Shown: piece after piece, positions 10,001-19,131 of the stretch
Position numbering within the stretch: position 1 is the first letter of the stretch
Layout of the letters: each line of letters begins with the position of its first letter
From: a virus
Lineage: Duplodnaviria; Caudoviricetes
DNA length: 64,000 nt
Reading direction: 5' to 3' (one strand)
Virus record (IMG/VR): IMGVR_UViG_2900261899_000001
Coordinates: 41,248 to 105,247 of that record
Made by a program: the position numbers and the translations under genes
Notes under the pieces: generated by a model
Seen by the model: the letters and a program-made list of their open reading frames with translations, nothing else
Databases searched by the model: none
Told to the model about the DNA's origin: nothing

Positions 10001-10891
10001 ATGTCCGACTTCACGCGCGGATCTTGGGCCGGTGGGCTCGCGGAATGGATCGATGGCGACACCGTCTTCCTGTCGGTCGCCTTCACATGGAAGCTCGATG
10101 ACGCCTACCAGCGGGCGATCTTCTGGAAGGCGCAAGGCTACAGGGTTCGCGCGGGCGGACCGGGGATCTTCACGCGCAAGCACTACCTCGCCGACGTCGC
10201 CGAGATCGGCGGAAGCGCCCCTGATGCCGTGATCCGTCACAACCCGATGGCGACGGTCGCCAGCCGGGGTTGCTCGGTCGGCTGCTGGTTCTGCATCGTC
10301 CCAAAGATGGAGGGGCGCACCTACACCGAACTCCCGGATTTTCCGGTGCGGCCGGTGCTCTGCGACAACAATCTCTCCGACCTGTCACGCGAGTACCAGG
10401 AGCACATCGTGTCCCGGTACCGCGCAACGGGCGTGCCTCTCCTCGATGCGAACAGCGGTTTCGAGCCGCGCACCTTCGACGACGAGGTCTACCGGCGCTG
10501 GCAGCCGATCCTGCGCGGCCCATGGCGGTTCGGCTTCGATGAGGCGACCGAGGGTGCCGATGTCGAGCGGGCTTTCCGTCTGCTGAGAGATGTCTCGTCG
10601 CGTCGGAAGCAAGTCTACACGATGATCGGCCATGAGCCGTTTGCCGTGTGCATGGAGCGGATCCGGCGCGTGATCGCATGGGGCGGGGAGCCGTACGCCC
10701 AGCCGTTCATGAAGCTCAACGCGCTCGAGAAGCGTCCGCACGTCCGGCACGACTGGACACCGCGCCTGCTGAGCGACGTGGCCCGCTGGGTGAACCGACG
10801 CGGGTGGAAGTCCGGCGACTTCGACACGTACCGTCGCTCCGCTCGCAATCGGCACCCGGCCCAGGCCGACCAATTGGAGCTCGCCGCCTGA
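10001..10891 (+). CDS. Radical SAM protein
   Basis: SRGCSVGCWFCIVP (CxxxCxxC), DNN. Confidence 0.85.
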   Translation: MSDFTRGSWAGGLAEWIDGDTVFLSVAFTWKLDDAYQRAIFWKAQGYRVRAGGPGIFTRKHYLADVAEIGGSAPDAVIRHNPMATVASRGCSVGCWFCIVPKMEGRTYTELPDFPVRPVLCDNNLSDLSREYQEHIVSRYRATGVPLLDANSGFEPRTFDDEVYRRWQPILRGPWRFGFDEATEGADVERAFRLLRDVSSRRKQVYTMIGHEPFAVCMERIRRVIAWGGEPYAQPFMKLNALEKRPHVRHDWTPRLLSDVARWVNRRGWKSGDFDTYRRSARNRHPAQADQLELAA

Positions 10892-11622
10892 TGACCGACC
10901 GACCCATGATCTTCTCCGCACCGATGGTGCGCGCTTTGCTCGAAGGGCGGAAGTCGCAGACGCGGCGGCTGCTGAAGGGTGGCGTGCCCGAGGCGCCGGG
11001 GATGGGCGTCCACCCGAGCCACGTTGCCAATCGCCCGGCACCGTACCTCGACGCCTATTGCAGCGAGCGCAAGTCCGTCGCGAACCCGCGGGGCATGTCG
11101 ACCCTATGGTGCTGGTGGACGCGCGACGACCGGATGGGGCGGGACTTCCGGGTGGCCTACAAGCCGGGCGACCGGCTCTGGGTCCGCGAGAACTGCCGGG
11201 CTGAAGAATTGCCGGAAGGCCAAGACGGTGTCCGGTTTCGGGCTGACGACACCTTCGTCAACATCGCAGCGAACCGTGACGCGGCCGACGCCTGGCTCGC
11301 GCTCTTCTACTATCGCGGGCGAGGCAAAGCCGGGATCGGTAATCCGGTCCCTTCAATCCACATGCCGCGCTGGGCCTCGCGCCTCACGCTTCTCGTCACC
11401 GACGTGAAGGTCGAGCGGCTTCAGGACATCAGCGAGGCGGACGCCCAAGCCGAGGGCGCGGTGGGCATGCCGACCTGGGGTAGCCACCGCAACGGCTTCA
11501 ACGCGATCTGGCTCGACATCCACGGTGCCGAATCCTGGAACGCGAACCCATGGATCGTGGGCGTTTCGTTCGAAGTGGTCCGCGCGAACATCGATGCGCT
11601 TCCGGCAGCGAGGGCGGCATGA
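10891..11622 (+). CDS. ASCH/PUA-like phage protein
   Basis: PMIFSAPMVRALLEGRKSQTRR, GDRLWVRE, PSIHMPRWASR, ERLQDISE.DA.AEG, W.ANPW. Confidence 0.75.
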   Translation: MTDRPMIFSAPMVRALLEGRKSQTRRLLKGGVPEAPGMGVHPSHVANRPAPYLDAYCSERKSVANPRGMSTLWCWWTRDDRMGRDFRVAYKPGDRLWVRENCRAEELPEGQDGVRFRADDTFVNIAANRDAADAWLALFYYRGRGKAGIGNPVPSIHMPRWASRLTLLVTDVKVERLQDISEADAQAEGAVGMPTWGSHRNGFNAIWLDIHGAESWNANPWIVGVSFEVVRANIDALPAARAA

Positions 11623-12107
11623 CGCGCTGCTACGCCGCCGACACGTCAGTCCCGATGGACCGCAGCATTTCGGAGATCCGCACGACGGTGCGCCGCTACG
11701 GGGCGACTGAGTTCGCGCACATGGAGAGCGACGACCAGGCTGCGATCACCTTCACGATGAAGGGCCGGCGCATACTATTCCGGCTGGCCATGCCGGACCG
11801 CAAGAGCCGCGAGTTCACGCACACCGAGGCAAAGCGCCAGGCGCGCAGTGCCACGGCCGCCGAGGCCGCCTGGGAGCAAGCCTGCCGATCTCGGTGGCGG
11901 GCTCTCGCGCTCGTCATCAAAGCAAAGCTGGAGGCGGTCGAAGTCGGAATCGTGGTGTTTGAAGATGAGTTTTTAGCGAACACTGTCCCCCCAGGGGCCT
12001 CGGTCACCTTCGGCGAAACCGTGCGCGAGAGCATGCGGATCGCCCACGAGACCCGCGAACTGACGCCGCTCCTCCCGCACATCAGAGGGGGGGACCCTCG
12101 TGGTTGA
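11619..12107 (+). CDS. Conserved hypothetical phage protein
   Basis: YA..TSV...S..EI, WRAL.L.IKAKLEAVE.GI..FE.EFLA. Confidence 0.65.
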   Translation: MTRCYAADTSVPMDRSISEIRTTVRRYGATEFAHMESDDQAAITFTMKGRRILFRLAMPDRKSREFTHTEAKRQARSATAAEAAWEQACRSRWRALALVIKAKLEAVEVGIVVFEDEFLANTVPPGASVTFGETVRESMRIAHETRELTPLLPHIRGGDPRG

Positions 12108-12678
12108 CTTAAAAGGCAACACGACCGCCCGTCCTGTGATCCAAGGATCCGCGGAATTCTCCGACTGCGGCTTCTACCGTCATCGGCTCGACCGGTGGTG
12201 GGGCGAGGCCCCGCGCGCCCTTGTGATCGGCGCGAACCCGAGCCGCGCCGGCGCCGACGATAACGACCCGACGATCTGCCGGCTGATCGCGCTGCTGTCC
12301 TGGCGGACCGACATCGGCGGGTTCACGATGATGAACGCCGACGACTTCATCGCGACCGACCCGGCCGATCATGTCCGCTGGCGCGACGGCCTCGACATCA
12401 CGGCGCTGAAGTTCGTGCGGGGGCAGAACCTGCAGCGCATCCGCGATGTGTCGACCACGGCGGCCGTTCGCATCGTTGCCTTCGGCAACCTGCTGACGCC
12501 CGGTCTCCACCGCGACCGCGTACTGGCCGCCCTCAGTCTCGACGGCCGACACCCCCTGTTCGCCTTCGGTCTGACCGACAGTGGGGCACCGAAGCATCCG
12601 CTGGCGCGCGGTCACCACCGGATCCCGAACGACGCGCCGCTGATCGAATGGCGGCCGGCCTTGAGGAGCGCGGCATGA
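12100..12678 (+). CDS. DUF1643 family protein
   Basis: S.CG.YR..L.R.W, NPS.A....DPT, G.PKHPL. Confidence 0.8.
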   Translation: MVDLKGNTTARPVIQGSAEFSDCGFYRHRLDRWWGEAPRALVIGANPSRAGADDNDPTICRLIALLSWRTDIGGFTMMNADDFIATDPADHVRWRDGLDITALKFVRGQNLQRIRDVSTTAAVRIVAFGNLLTPGLHRDRVLAALSLDGRHPLFAFGLTDSGAPKHPLARGHHRIPNDAPLIEWRPALRSAA

Positions 12679-12956
12679 GCGAGACCCCTGCCCTCACCCG
12701 CGTGTTCCTCACGCTGCCCGACGTTCTCGAAACCGGCATCGTCGAGATCGAGGTGGAGATCGTCAGCGCCGAGGTGATCCGTCGGAGCGACGGCTTCTTG
12801 CTCGGCGGCTTCGGCGTCACCTGGCATCGCCATCGGGCCAGCGCCTGGCGTCGTGCTGGCGAGATCCGGCGCGCGCGCGTCGAAAGCCTCCTGACCGAGA
12901 TCGATCGCGTCAACGCCCTCGACTTCGGGGCCAGCAGCGGAGGCTTCCGTGGCTGA
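12675..12956 (+). CDS. Hypothetical protein
   Basis: ATGA coupling with RBS GAGGAG. Confidence 0.55.
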   Translation: MSETPALTRVFLTLPDVLETGIVEIEVEIVSAEVIRRSDGFLLGGFGVTWHRHRASAWRRAGEIRRARVESLLTEIDRVNALDFGASSGGFRG

Positions 12957-12995
12957 AGTGCGCCCTGCCCTGCCTTGTCACCCGGAGCACCTTCG

Positions 12996-13301
12996 ATGAC
13001 GGCCCCGTCGCTGATCACCGCTGCCCGCAACGCGCCTGACGCCCGTGACCGCATCCTCGAAATGGCGGTCCTGATGCAGGAGCACCGTTTCGGCCCCGAG
13101 GGCGGCTGCACCGACCATCACCTCGAGGTCGCCGGGTTCACGCGAGCCGAAATCGAGGTCTACGCGAACTCCGCCCGCGCGGTGCTGGCGCGCCGGCCGT
13201 CTGAGTTGCGCACCACGCGGCCCGGCCGCGTCACGGGACGCACGCTGGCAAAGCGCGCCGAAGCGATCCGGGCTCGGATCAAGGGAGGCGGCCGTGGCTG
13301 A
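12996..13301 (+). CDS. Hypothetical protein
   Basis: GGAG RBS; in operon. Confidence 0.55.
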   Translation: MTAPSLITAARNAPDARDRILEMAVLMQEHRFGPEGGCTDHHLEVAGFTRAEIEVYANSARAVLARRPSELRTTRPGRVTGRTLAKRAEAIRARIKGGGRG

Positions 13302-14274
13302 GACTACAGGCATCTCGTGGTGCGACCGGACGTGGTCGCCTTGGATCGGTTGCACCAAGATCAGCCCGGCGTGCGACGGCTGCTATGCCGCGCACCTGAT
13401 GGACACCCGGATGGGTCGCGTCGAGTGGGGCCCGCATGGTGTCCGGCAGCGGACCAGCGAGACCTACTGGCGCAACCTTGGAAAGTGGGATCGGGAGGCG
13501 AAGGCTGCCGGCAGGATCATCACCGTGTTCCCGTCGCTCTGCGACCCATGGGACAACGCGGCCGACCCAGGTATCCGGCGCGAGTGGTTCGCCGTCATGC
13601 GCGAGACGCCGAGCCTGATGCACCTGCTGCTTTCGAAGCGACCGCAGAACGCGGTCGCCATGGCGCGGGCTGCCGGCGGATTGCCGAAGAACGCAGCGCT
13701 TGGCGCGACTTGTGAAAATCAGGAGGTAGCGAACCGGAACGTACGCCACCTGCTCGACGCCGCACGCGAACTCTACCCGGCCTTCACCTTCGTCTCGGCC
13801 GAGCCGCTGCTCGGGCCGATTGACTTCACCCGGATCGACTACGGCACCATTCGCGGCCACACGGTCATTCGCGATGCCCTGAAGGCATCCGACATCGAAC
13901 GTATCGATTGGGTAATCACGGGTGGAGAAACGGGTCAGGGCCAGCACAAAGCTAGACCGTCCCATCCGGATTGGTTTCGATTGATCCAGGAACAGTGCAC
14001 TGCCGCTGGCGTCCCCTACCACCATAAGCAGAACGGCGAATGGTCCACCACGCATCCGAATTGGCCGCGCGCCCACCCGACCGTCATGGCGAACGACGGT
14101 ACGCTCTACCGGCCCGAGGACCTCGCCTACCCTGACGGTCCTCGATACGGCGAGGCCATTCGCGCGAACCACGACAAGGCGCACCTGACCAACATCTACC
14201 GCGTCGGCAAGAAGCTCTCTGGCCGGCTCTTGGACGGCGTCGAGTACAACGGCATGCCGGAGTTACGGCCATGA
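13294..14274 (+). CDS. DUF5131 (phage Gp37/Gp68) radical-SAM-like protein
   Basis: I.W.D.TW.PW.GCTKISP.CD.CYA, LLSKRP, FVSAEPLLG, DWVITGGE.G. Confidence 0.85.
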   Translation: MAETTGISWCDRTWSPWIGCTKISPACDGCYAAHLMDTRMGRVEWGPHGVRQRTSETYWRNLGKWDREAKAAGRIITVFPSLCDPWDNAADPGIRREWFAVMRETPSLMHLLLSKRPQNAVAMARAAGGLPKNAALGATCENQEVANRNVRHLLDAARELYPAFTFVSAEPLLGPIDFTRIDYGTIRGHTVIRDALKASDIERIDWVITGGETGQGQHKARPSHPDWFRLIQEQCTAAGVPYHHKQNGEWSTTHPNWPRAHPTVMANDGTLYRPEDLAYPDGPRYGEAIRANHDKAHLTNIYRVGKKLSGRLLDGVEYNGMPELRP

Positions 14275-14663
14275 ACATTACGGTCCCCTGCCCTCGCTGC
14301 TCCGGCACCGGGTACGACACGTTCGAGGACCGGCACGCTGAGACCAATCACGACGTCTGCAAGGCGTGCGGCGGCGAGGGCGTGATCCCGGCACGGACAG
14401 GCGAGACGCGGGAGGCGTCAGCCGTGCCGGAGGGTGGGCTAGCGCCCTCGCGACGGGATTGTGTGCTCGCGATCGCCGACGGCGAGGTGATCGGCGCGGG
14501 GCCAGTCAACGAAGCCGGCTCCTGGTTCGCCCAGGAGCCCGCGGTGACGGAGGTCGTGCGCATGCCCGCCGAGGCTGCCGGCCGATTCCTATTCCGAGCA
14601 TGGCCCGGCCGAGCGGCTGCGCTGAACATCCTCGGCGAGACTGGCTCCGCCGTGGCGCTGTAG
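14271..14663 (+). CDS. Protein with DnaJ-type zinc finger
   Basis: CPRCSGTG...CKACGGEG. Confidence 0.55.
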   Translation: MNITVPCPRCSGTGYDTFEDRHAETNHDVCKACGGEGVIPARTGETREASAVPEGGLAPSRRDCVLAIADGEVIGAGPVNEAGSWFAQEPAVTEVVRMPAEAAGRFLFRAWPGRAAALNILGETGSAVAL

Positions 14664-14672
14664 GATCATCGA

Positions 14673-15221
14673 ATGGCGAAGATCATCGAACTGAAGCAAT
14701 TCCGCCGCGGTAGCGTCCGGTGCCCGGCGATCGGGCTCGTGTTCCCGCAATTGTACCGCCGGCGTGGGGTGAACTGGACCTATCCGCCCGGCAAGGACGA
14801 TAGCAATTTCGAAGAGCTCATTCCGGGCATTCATCCTGATATCAATTACACCCTGACCACCGAGGATGATGGCACCGTCGCCAATCCCGAGTGGGATCCC
14901 ATCGAGCATCCCTCGCCCGAGTACGAGACCGGGTGGATCATCGTCCGGCATCACCAATCCCATGCCCACGTCGAAGGCTATCTGGATGGGTATGGCGACA
15001 TGGTCGCCACGGACCGTCTCGGCAGAATGGTGTTCGAGACATCGACTGGTCTTTTCACGGTTCTGCAGCGTGATCCTCTCCCGGGACAACCGCAACCGCT
15101 CATCGCGTACGCGACGAAGGTCCCCCATCCGATGGTCGGGGAAGATCACTGGTACAAGGTGCTCGGCATCGATGGCGTCGAGCATGAGTCGAGCGTGCTC
15201 TTGCCGGACATCATGTTCTGA
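14673..15221 (+). CDS. Hypothetical protein
   Basis: AGGA RBS; ORF fills gap before repA. Confidence 0.55.
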   Translation: MAKIIELKQFRRGSVRCPAIGLVFPQLYRRRGVNWTYPPGKDDSNFEELIPGIHPDINYTLTTEDDGTVANPEWDPIEHPSPEYETGWIIVRHHQSHAHVEGYLDGYGDMVATDRLGRMVFETSTGLFTVLQRDPLPGQPQPLIAYATKVPHPMVGEDHWYKVLGIDGVEHESSVLLPDIMF

Positions 15222-15348
15222 CCGGCGAGGACGCCGGACGAGCGGCTCTTGCTTTTGACTCGACACCCTTCCCCGAATCGGCGTTCTTGCTTAACGCTTA
15301 AAGTTTCTCGGTCCGATTGGCCGATTTTCTGAAAACGTGTTCGGGGCA

Positions 15349-16569
15349 ATGAACCAACGTGCGGTCGTAGTACCACCCACGGAACGGGCGATCGAGGCGC
15401 CAGGCGCCCTCATCGGCCACGACGCTGCGACTCTGCGTAATCGGCTGCAGTCGATCAGCTCCGGCCTGTTTCCACCGGACGCCGCGAAGACGCTTCGGCG
15501 GTTCGCGGCAAGCGAGGCGGCCAAGATCCTCGGGGTGACGGTTCAGCGGCTCAGCCAGCTGGAGGGCGACGAGGCCGTTCCGGACCCGGAGGTTTCGAAC
15601 ACGGGTCGGCGCTCCTACAGCCTCGATGACATCCATGCGATCCGGCTGCACCTAGACAAGGTGACGAAGACCGACCGGCGGTACGATCCCCGCCGCGAGG
15701 ACGGCGAGCACCTTCAGGTCATCTCGGTCGTCAACTTCAAGGGCGGGTCCGGCAAGACCACCACGGCGGCGCATCTCGCGCAGTCGCTGGCGCTGCGCGG
15801 CTACCGGGTGCTGGCGATCGATCTCGACCCGCAGGCCAGCCTGTCCGCGCTGCTTGGCGTGCAGCCCGAGATCGACGTCGCGCCGAACCAGACGCTCTAC
15901 GCCGCCATCCGCTACGACGACGACCGCCGGGCGTTGAGCGAGGTGATCCGCAGGACCTACTTCGCCGGTCTGGATCTGGTCCCGGCCAACCTCGAACTGC
16001 AGGACTTCGAATTCGACACGCCGCGGGCTTTGACCAGCCGGCAGCCGGGCGAACCGCTGTTCTTCGAGCGGATGGCGCGGGTGCTGGACGAGGTCGAGGC
16101 CGAGTACGACGTCGTGGTCGTCGATTGCCCGCCGCAGCTCGGCTACCTGACGCTCTCCGCGCTCAGCGCCGCGACCGCACTCCTGGTCACGGTCCACCCG
16201 CAGATGCTGGACGTCGCCTCGATGAGCCAGTTCCTGGCGATGGTCGAGGACCTGCTGTCCGTCATCTCGGAGCAGGGCGCCACACTGAGCTACGATTGGA
16301 TCAGCTACCTGATCACGCGCTACGAGCCCCAGGACGGCCCGCAGACGCAGGTCGTCGGCATGCTCCGCGACCTGTTCGGCGATCGCGTCCTGACGAGCCC
16401 GATGTTGAAGTCGTCAGCTGTGTCCGATGCCGGGCTCTCGAAGCAGACCCTCTACGAAATGGGACGCGCCGGGGTGACGCGCTCGACCTATGACCGTGCC
16501 CTCGAGGCGGTCGATCTGGTCAACAGCGAGATTGAAGCCAAGATGCAGCGCGGTTGGGGCCGGGCATGA
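15349..16569 (+). CDS. repA: Plasmid partition ATPase RepA (ParA family)
   Basis: N-terminal HTH, NFKGGSGKTT, DLDPQAS, DCPPQLG, HPQMLDVASM. Confidence 0.95.
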   Translation: MNQRAVVVPPTERAIEAPGALIGHDAATLRNRLQSISSGLFPPDAAKTLRRFAASEAAKILGVTVQRLSQLEGDEAVPDPEVSNTGRRSYSLDDIHAIRLHLDKVTKTDRRYDPRREDGEHLQVISVVNFKGGSGKTTTAAHLAQSLALRGYRVLAIDLDPQASLSALLGVQPEIDVAPNQTLYAAIRYDDDRRALSEVIRRTYFAGLDLVPANLELQDFEFDTPRALTSRQPGEPLFFERMARVLDEVEAEYDVVVVDCPPQLGYLTLSALSAATALLVTVHPQMLDVASMSQFLAMVEDLLSVISEQGATLSYDWISYLITRYEPQDGPQTQVVGMLRDLFGDRVLTSPMLKSSAVSDAGLSKQTLYEMGRAGVTRSTYDRALEAVDLVNSEIEAKMQRGWGRA

Positions 16570-17666
16570 GCAGAAAGGCGAACCTCAGCGCCCTGCTCGC
16601 CGGCAAGACTGCGCCTGCCCCAGGGCCGCAGACGGACGCGCCGGCGGGGAACTTGGCAGCTGCCAAGATCACCCCTGCCCCCACTGACAAGCCCGACTTG
16701 GCAGCTGCCAAGAAAGCGCCGCCGGACTGGTCGGCGCGGCCTCGAAGCGGCGCGATCCGCGGCATGGAAGCGACGCTTCGGACGCTGGCAGACGGACCAG
16801 GGCGGCCCGAGGACGGCACGTCGGTCGTCGAACTGGATCCGACCCTGCTCGACCCGTCCATGGTCGTCGACCGCGTTGCCGATCCCGGTGATCCGTCTTT
16901 CGCGGCGCTCGTCGACAGCATGCGTGATGGCGGACAGCAGGTCCCGATCCTGGTGCGCCGACATCCGCAGAGCACCGGCCGGTTCCAGATCGCCTATGGG
17001 CACCGTCGCTGGCGCGCCGCAGCCGAACTCGGCCGGCCGGTTCGGGCCCTCATCAAGCCCCTGACGGACGATGAACTCGTCGTCGCGCAAGGCAAGGAAA
17101 ACCTCGAACGGCGTGACCTCAGCTATATCGAGCGGGCACTGTTCGCCGCCCGCATGGAAGCCCAGGGGTTCAAGCGCGAGACGATCTGGTCCGCGATGGG
17201 GACCGTCGAGTCGGAGATCAGCCGGTACGTCGCGATCGTCGCCAACGTGCCCGAGCATCTCATCGCGGCGATCGGGCCGGCCCCGAAAATCGGGCGCCCG
17301 CGCTGGGTGGCTTTCAGCGATCGGTTGAGGGCGGTGGGCGCTGGTCTTGCCGAAGCCGCCGTGGCTGAGCCCGGTTTCGCAGAGAAGGCGACCGACGACC
17401 GGTTCGCCGCCGTGTTCGCGGCGCTGACCGCGAAGCCGGCAGCGAAGGCACAGAGGCCGCAAGTCTGGAAGGACCCCAGAGGTCGCAAGGTCGCGCGCGT
17501 CGAGCGCAGCGGCGGCCGCTTCATTCTGTCGATCGATGAGACGCTGGCGCCCAGACTTGGGCCCGCTCTGTTCGAACGGCTTCCCGAGATCCTGGCCGCC
17601 CTTGAGGCCGGCGAGGACGAACCCGTTCCGCAACGCGAACCGAAAGGAGACCGACCCCCGGAATAA
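16566..17666 (+). CDS. repB: Plasmid partition protein RepB (ParB family)
   Basis: GQQVPILVR, YGHRR, QGKENLERRDLSYIERA, IGPAPKIGRPRW. Confidence 0.95.
   Translation: MSRKANLSALLAGKTAPAPGPQTDAPAGNLAAAKITPAPTDKPDLAAAKKAPPDWSARPRSGAIRGMEATLRTLADGPGRPEDGTSVVELDPTLLDPSMVVDRVADPGDPSFAALVDSMRDGGQQVPILVRRHPQSTGRFQIAYGHRRWRAAAELGRPVRALIKPLTDDELVVAQGKENLERRDLSYIERALFAARMEAQGFKRETIWSAMGTVESEISRYVAIVANVPEHLIAAIGPAPKIGRPRWVAFSDRLRAVGAGLAEAAVAEPGFAEKATDDRFAAVFAALTAKPAAKAQRPQVWKDPRGRKVARVERSGGRFILSIDETLAPRLGPALFERLPEILAALEAGEDEPVPQREPKGDRPPE
16652..16712. promoter_or_regulatory. Two parS-like palindromes inside repB
   Basis: Identical 16-bp perfect palindrome CTTGGCAGCTGCCAAG at 16652-16667 and 16697-16712, resembling repABC parS sites. 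Confidence 0.7.
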
Positions 17667-17752
17667 GAAAAGGCCCCCCGAACCGCGTCCGGAAGGCCCT
17701 CTCTATTAGTCCTGGCAGACGTAGAGAATCATACCTCCCGGCACATCGTCAA
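17666..17752 (-). ncRNA. repABC counter-transcribed RNA (ctRNA) with its promoter
   Basis: repB-repC intergenic; minus-strand TTGACG...GATTCT promoter (17752-17725), then stem-loop and T-rich tail ending near 17666. Confidence 0.75.
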
Positions 17753-17812
17753 GCGATTTGACGCCGACCCGTTTCGGCGAACGCCCGATCTTTGCCCGGC
17801 TTCGGCCACGCC

Positions 17813-19087
17813 ATGATCGATCATTTCACGACGCCCTTTGGGCGGCGATCGCTGACGGCTGCGCAGATCCAAGCGCAGGCGAAGGCAGCCGCATGCCCGC
17901 CCGAGACCACCGCCGACAAATGGGCAGTGGTCCGCCACGTCTCGACGGCCCGCTGCGAACTGGGGTTGGCCGATCGCGCCATCGCGATCCTCTCGGCCCT
18001 GGTGAGCTTCCATCCGGAGACCAACCTCCAAGCCGGGGAGGGGGCACAACTCGTCGTCTTCCCGTCCAATGCGCAGATCCGGCTGCGCGCCCACGGCATC
18101 GCTGAGACGACCCTGCGGTACCACCTCGGGGCGCTCGTCGAGGCCGGCATCCTCATTCGCCGCGATAGCCCGAACGGGAAACGCTACGCCCGGAAAGGAC
18201 AGGGCGGCGAGATCGCTGAAGCCTTCGGCTTCGACCTGACGCCGCTGGTGGCGCGTGCCGCCGAGTTCGCGGCAATTGCCGACCGGATCGCGGCGGCCGA
18301 ACGCGCCGAGCGCCTGGCCAAGGAGCGGGTGAGTCTGAAGCGGCGCGATCTCCGCAAGCTGATCGAATGGGCGGCCGAGGCCGGCGCTGCTGGTCCGTGG
18401 GGAGCCCTGTCCCGGCAGCTTGAGGATCTGATCGACGGCTTTCCGCGCCGCCCGTCCGGCGAGGCCCTGGCGACGATGGATGCCGCGCTCGGCTCGCTCC
18501 TGACCGAAGCCCACAAGCATCTGGATGTCGTTGCGGAATCCACGATTCACGATGGCAATGCCAGCGAAACACGACGGCACCATCATAATTCAAAACCAGA
18601 GACCGTTAGAATCGAACATACAAACGGCGGGAGCCCAGAAGAACCGGTGGCGCCACAGGACCGAGAGGGCAGGGCCGGGTCGACGTACCCGTTGCCCATG
18701 GTGATCGAGGCCTGCCCCGACATCGTCGACTATGCTCGGGGTGGCGTCAGGACGTGGGGCGACTTGATCGATGCTGCCGAGCTCGTCCGCGGCATGCTCG
18801 GGATCAGCCCAACCGCCTGGCGCGAGGCTCGCGACGCAATGGGACCGGAAACGGCGGCCGTAACGGTGGCGGCGATCCTGCAGCGGGCCGAGCACATCCG
18901 AAGCCCAGGCGGCTACTTGCGGTCTCTGGTCGAACGAAAGCGGGGAGGGCTGTTCAGCCTGGGACCGGTCCTGCAGGCGCTGCTGCGAGCCCGCGATCCG
19001 GCGACGATGCACGCGGGGAGGGATAAGTTCGGCGTTCCGCGGCCGTCAGGGGTGCCCAGCATGGCCCCGCGCAGGGCAGGCGGGTAG
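17813..19087 (+). CDS. repC: Replication initiator RepC
   Basis: TTPFGRR, VVFPSNAQ, RRDSPNGKRYARK, AFGFDLTPL, CPDI.DY, SPGGYLRSL. Confidence 0.95.
   Translation: MIDHFTTPFGRRSLTAAQIQAQAKAAACPPETTADKWAVVRHVSTARCELGLADRAIAILSALVSFHPETNLQAGEGAQLVVFPSNAQIRLRAHGIAETTLRYHLGALVEAGILIRRDSPNGKRYARKGQGGEIAEAFGFDLTPLVARAAEFAAIADRIAAAERAERLAKERVSLKRRDLRKLIEWAAEAGAAGPWGALSRQLEDLIDGFPRRPSGEALATMDAALGSLLTEAHKHLDVVAESTIHDGNASETRRHHHNSKPETVRIEHTNGGSPEEPVAPQDREGRAGSTYPLPMVIEACPDIVDYARGGVRTWGDLIDAAELVRGMLGISPTAWREARDAMGPETAAVTVAAILQRAEHIRSPGGYLRSLVERKRGGLFSLGPVLQALLRARDPATMHAGRDKFGVPRPSGVPSMAPRRAGG
18530..18625. other. Probable oriV inside repC
   Basis: Locally A-rich stretch with three GANTC sites; repABC origins lie within repC. 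Confidence 0.45.
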
Positions 19088-19131
19088 GTTTTCGTCACGG
19101 GCAACGCCCGGCTCTGAAGGAGACCTGACCC

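Noticed and set aside
16740-16769. repB as self-target of array 1
   Set aside because: Only 11/20 nt, a level I also saw at several unrelated sites, so not distinguishable from chance
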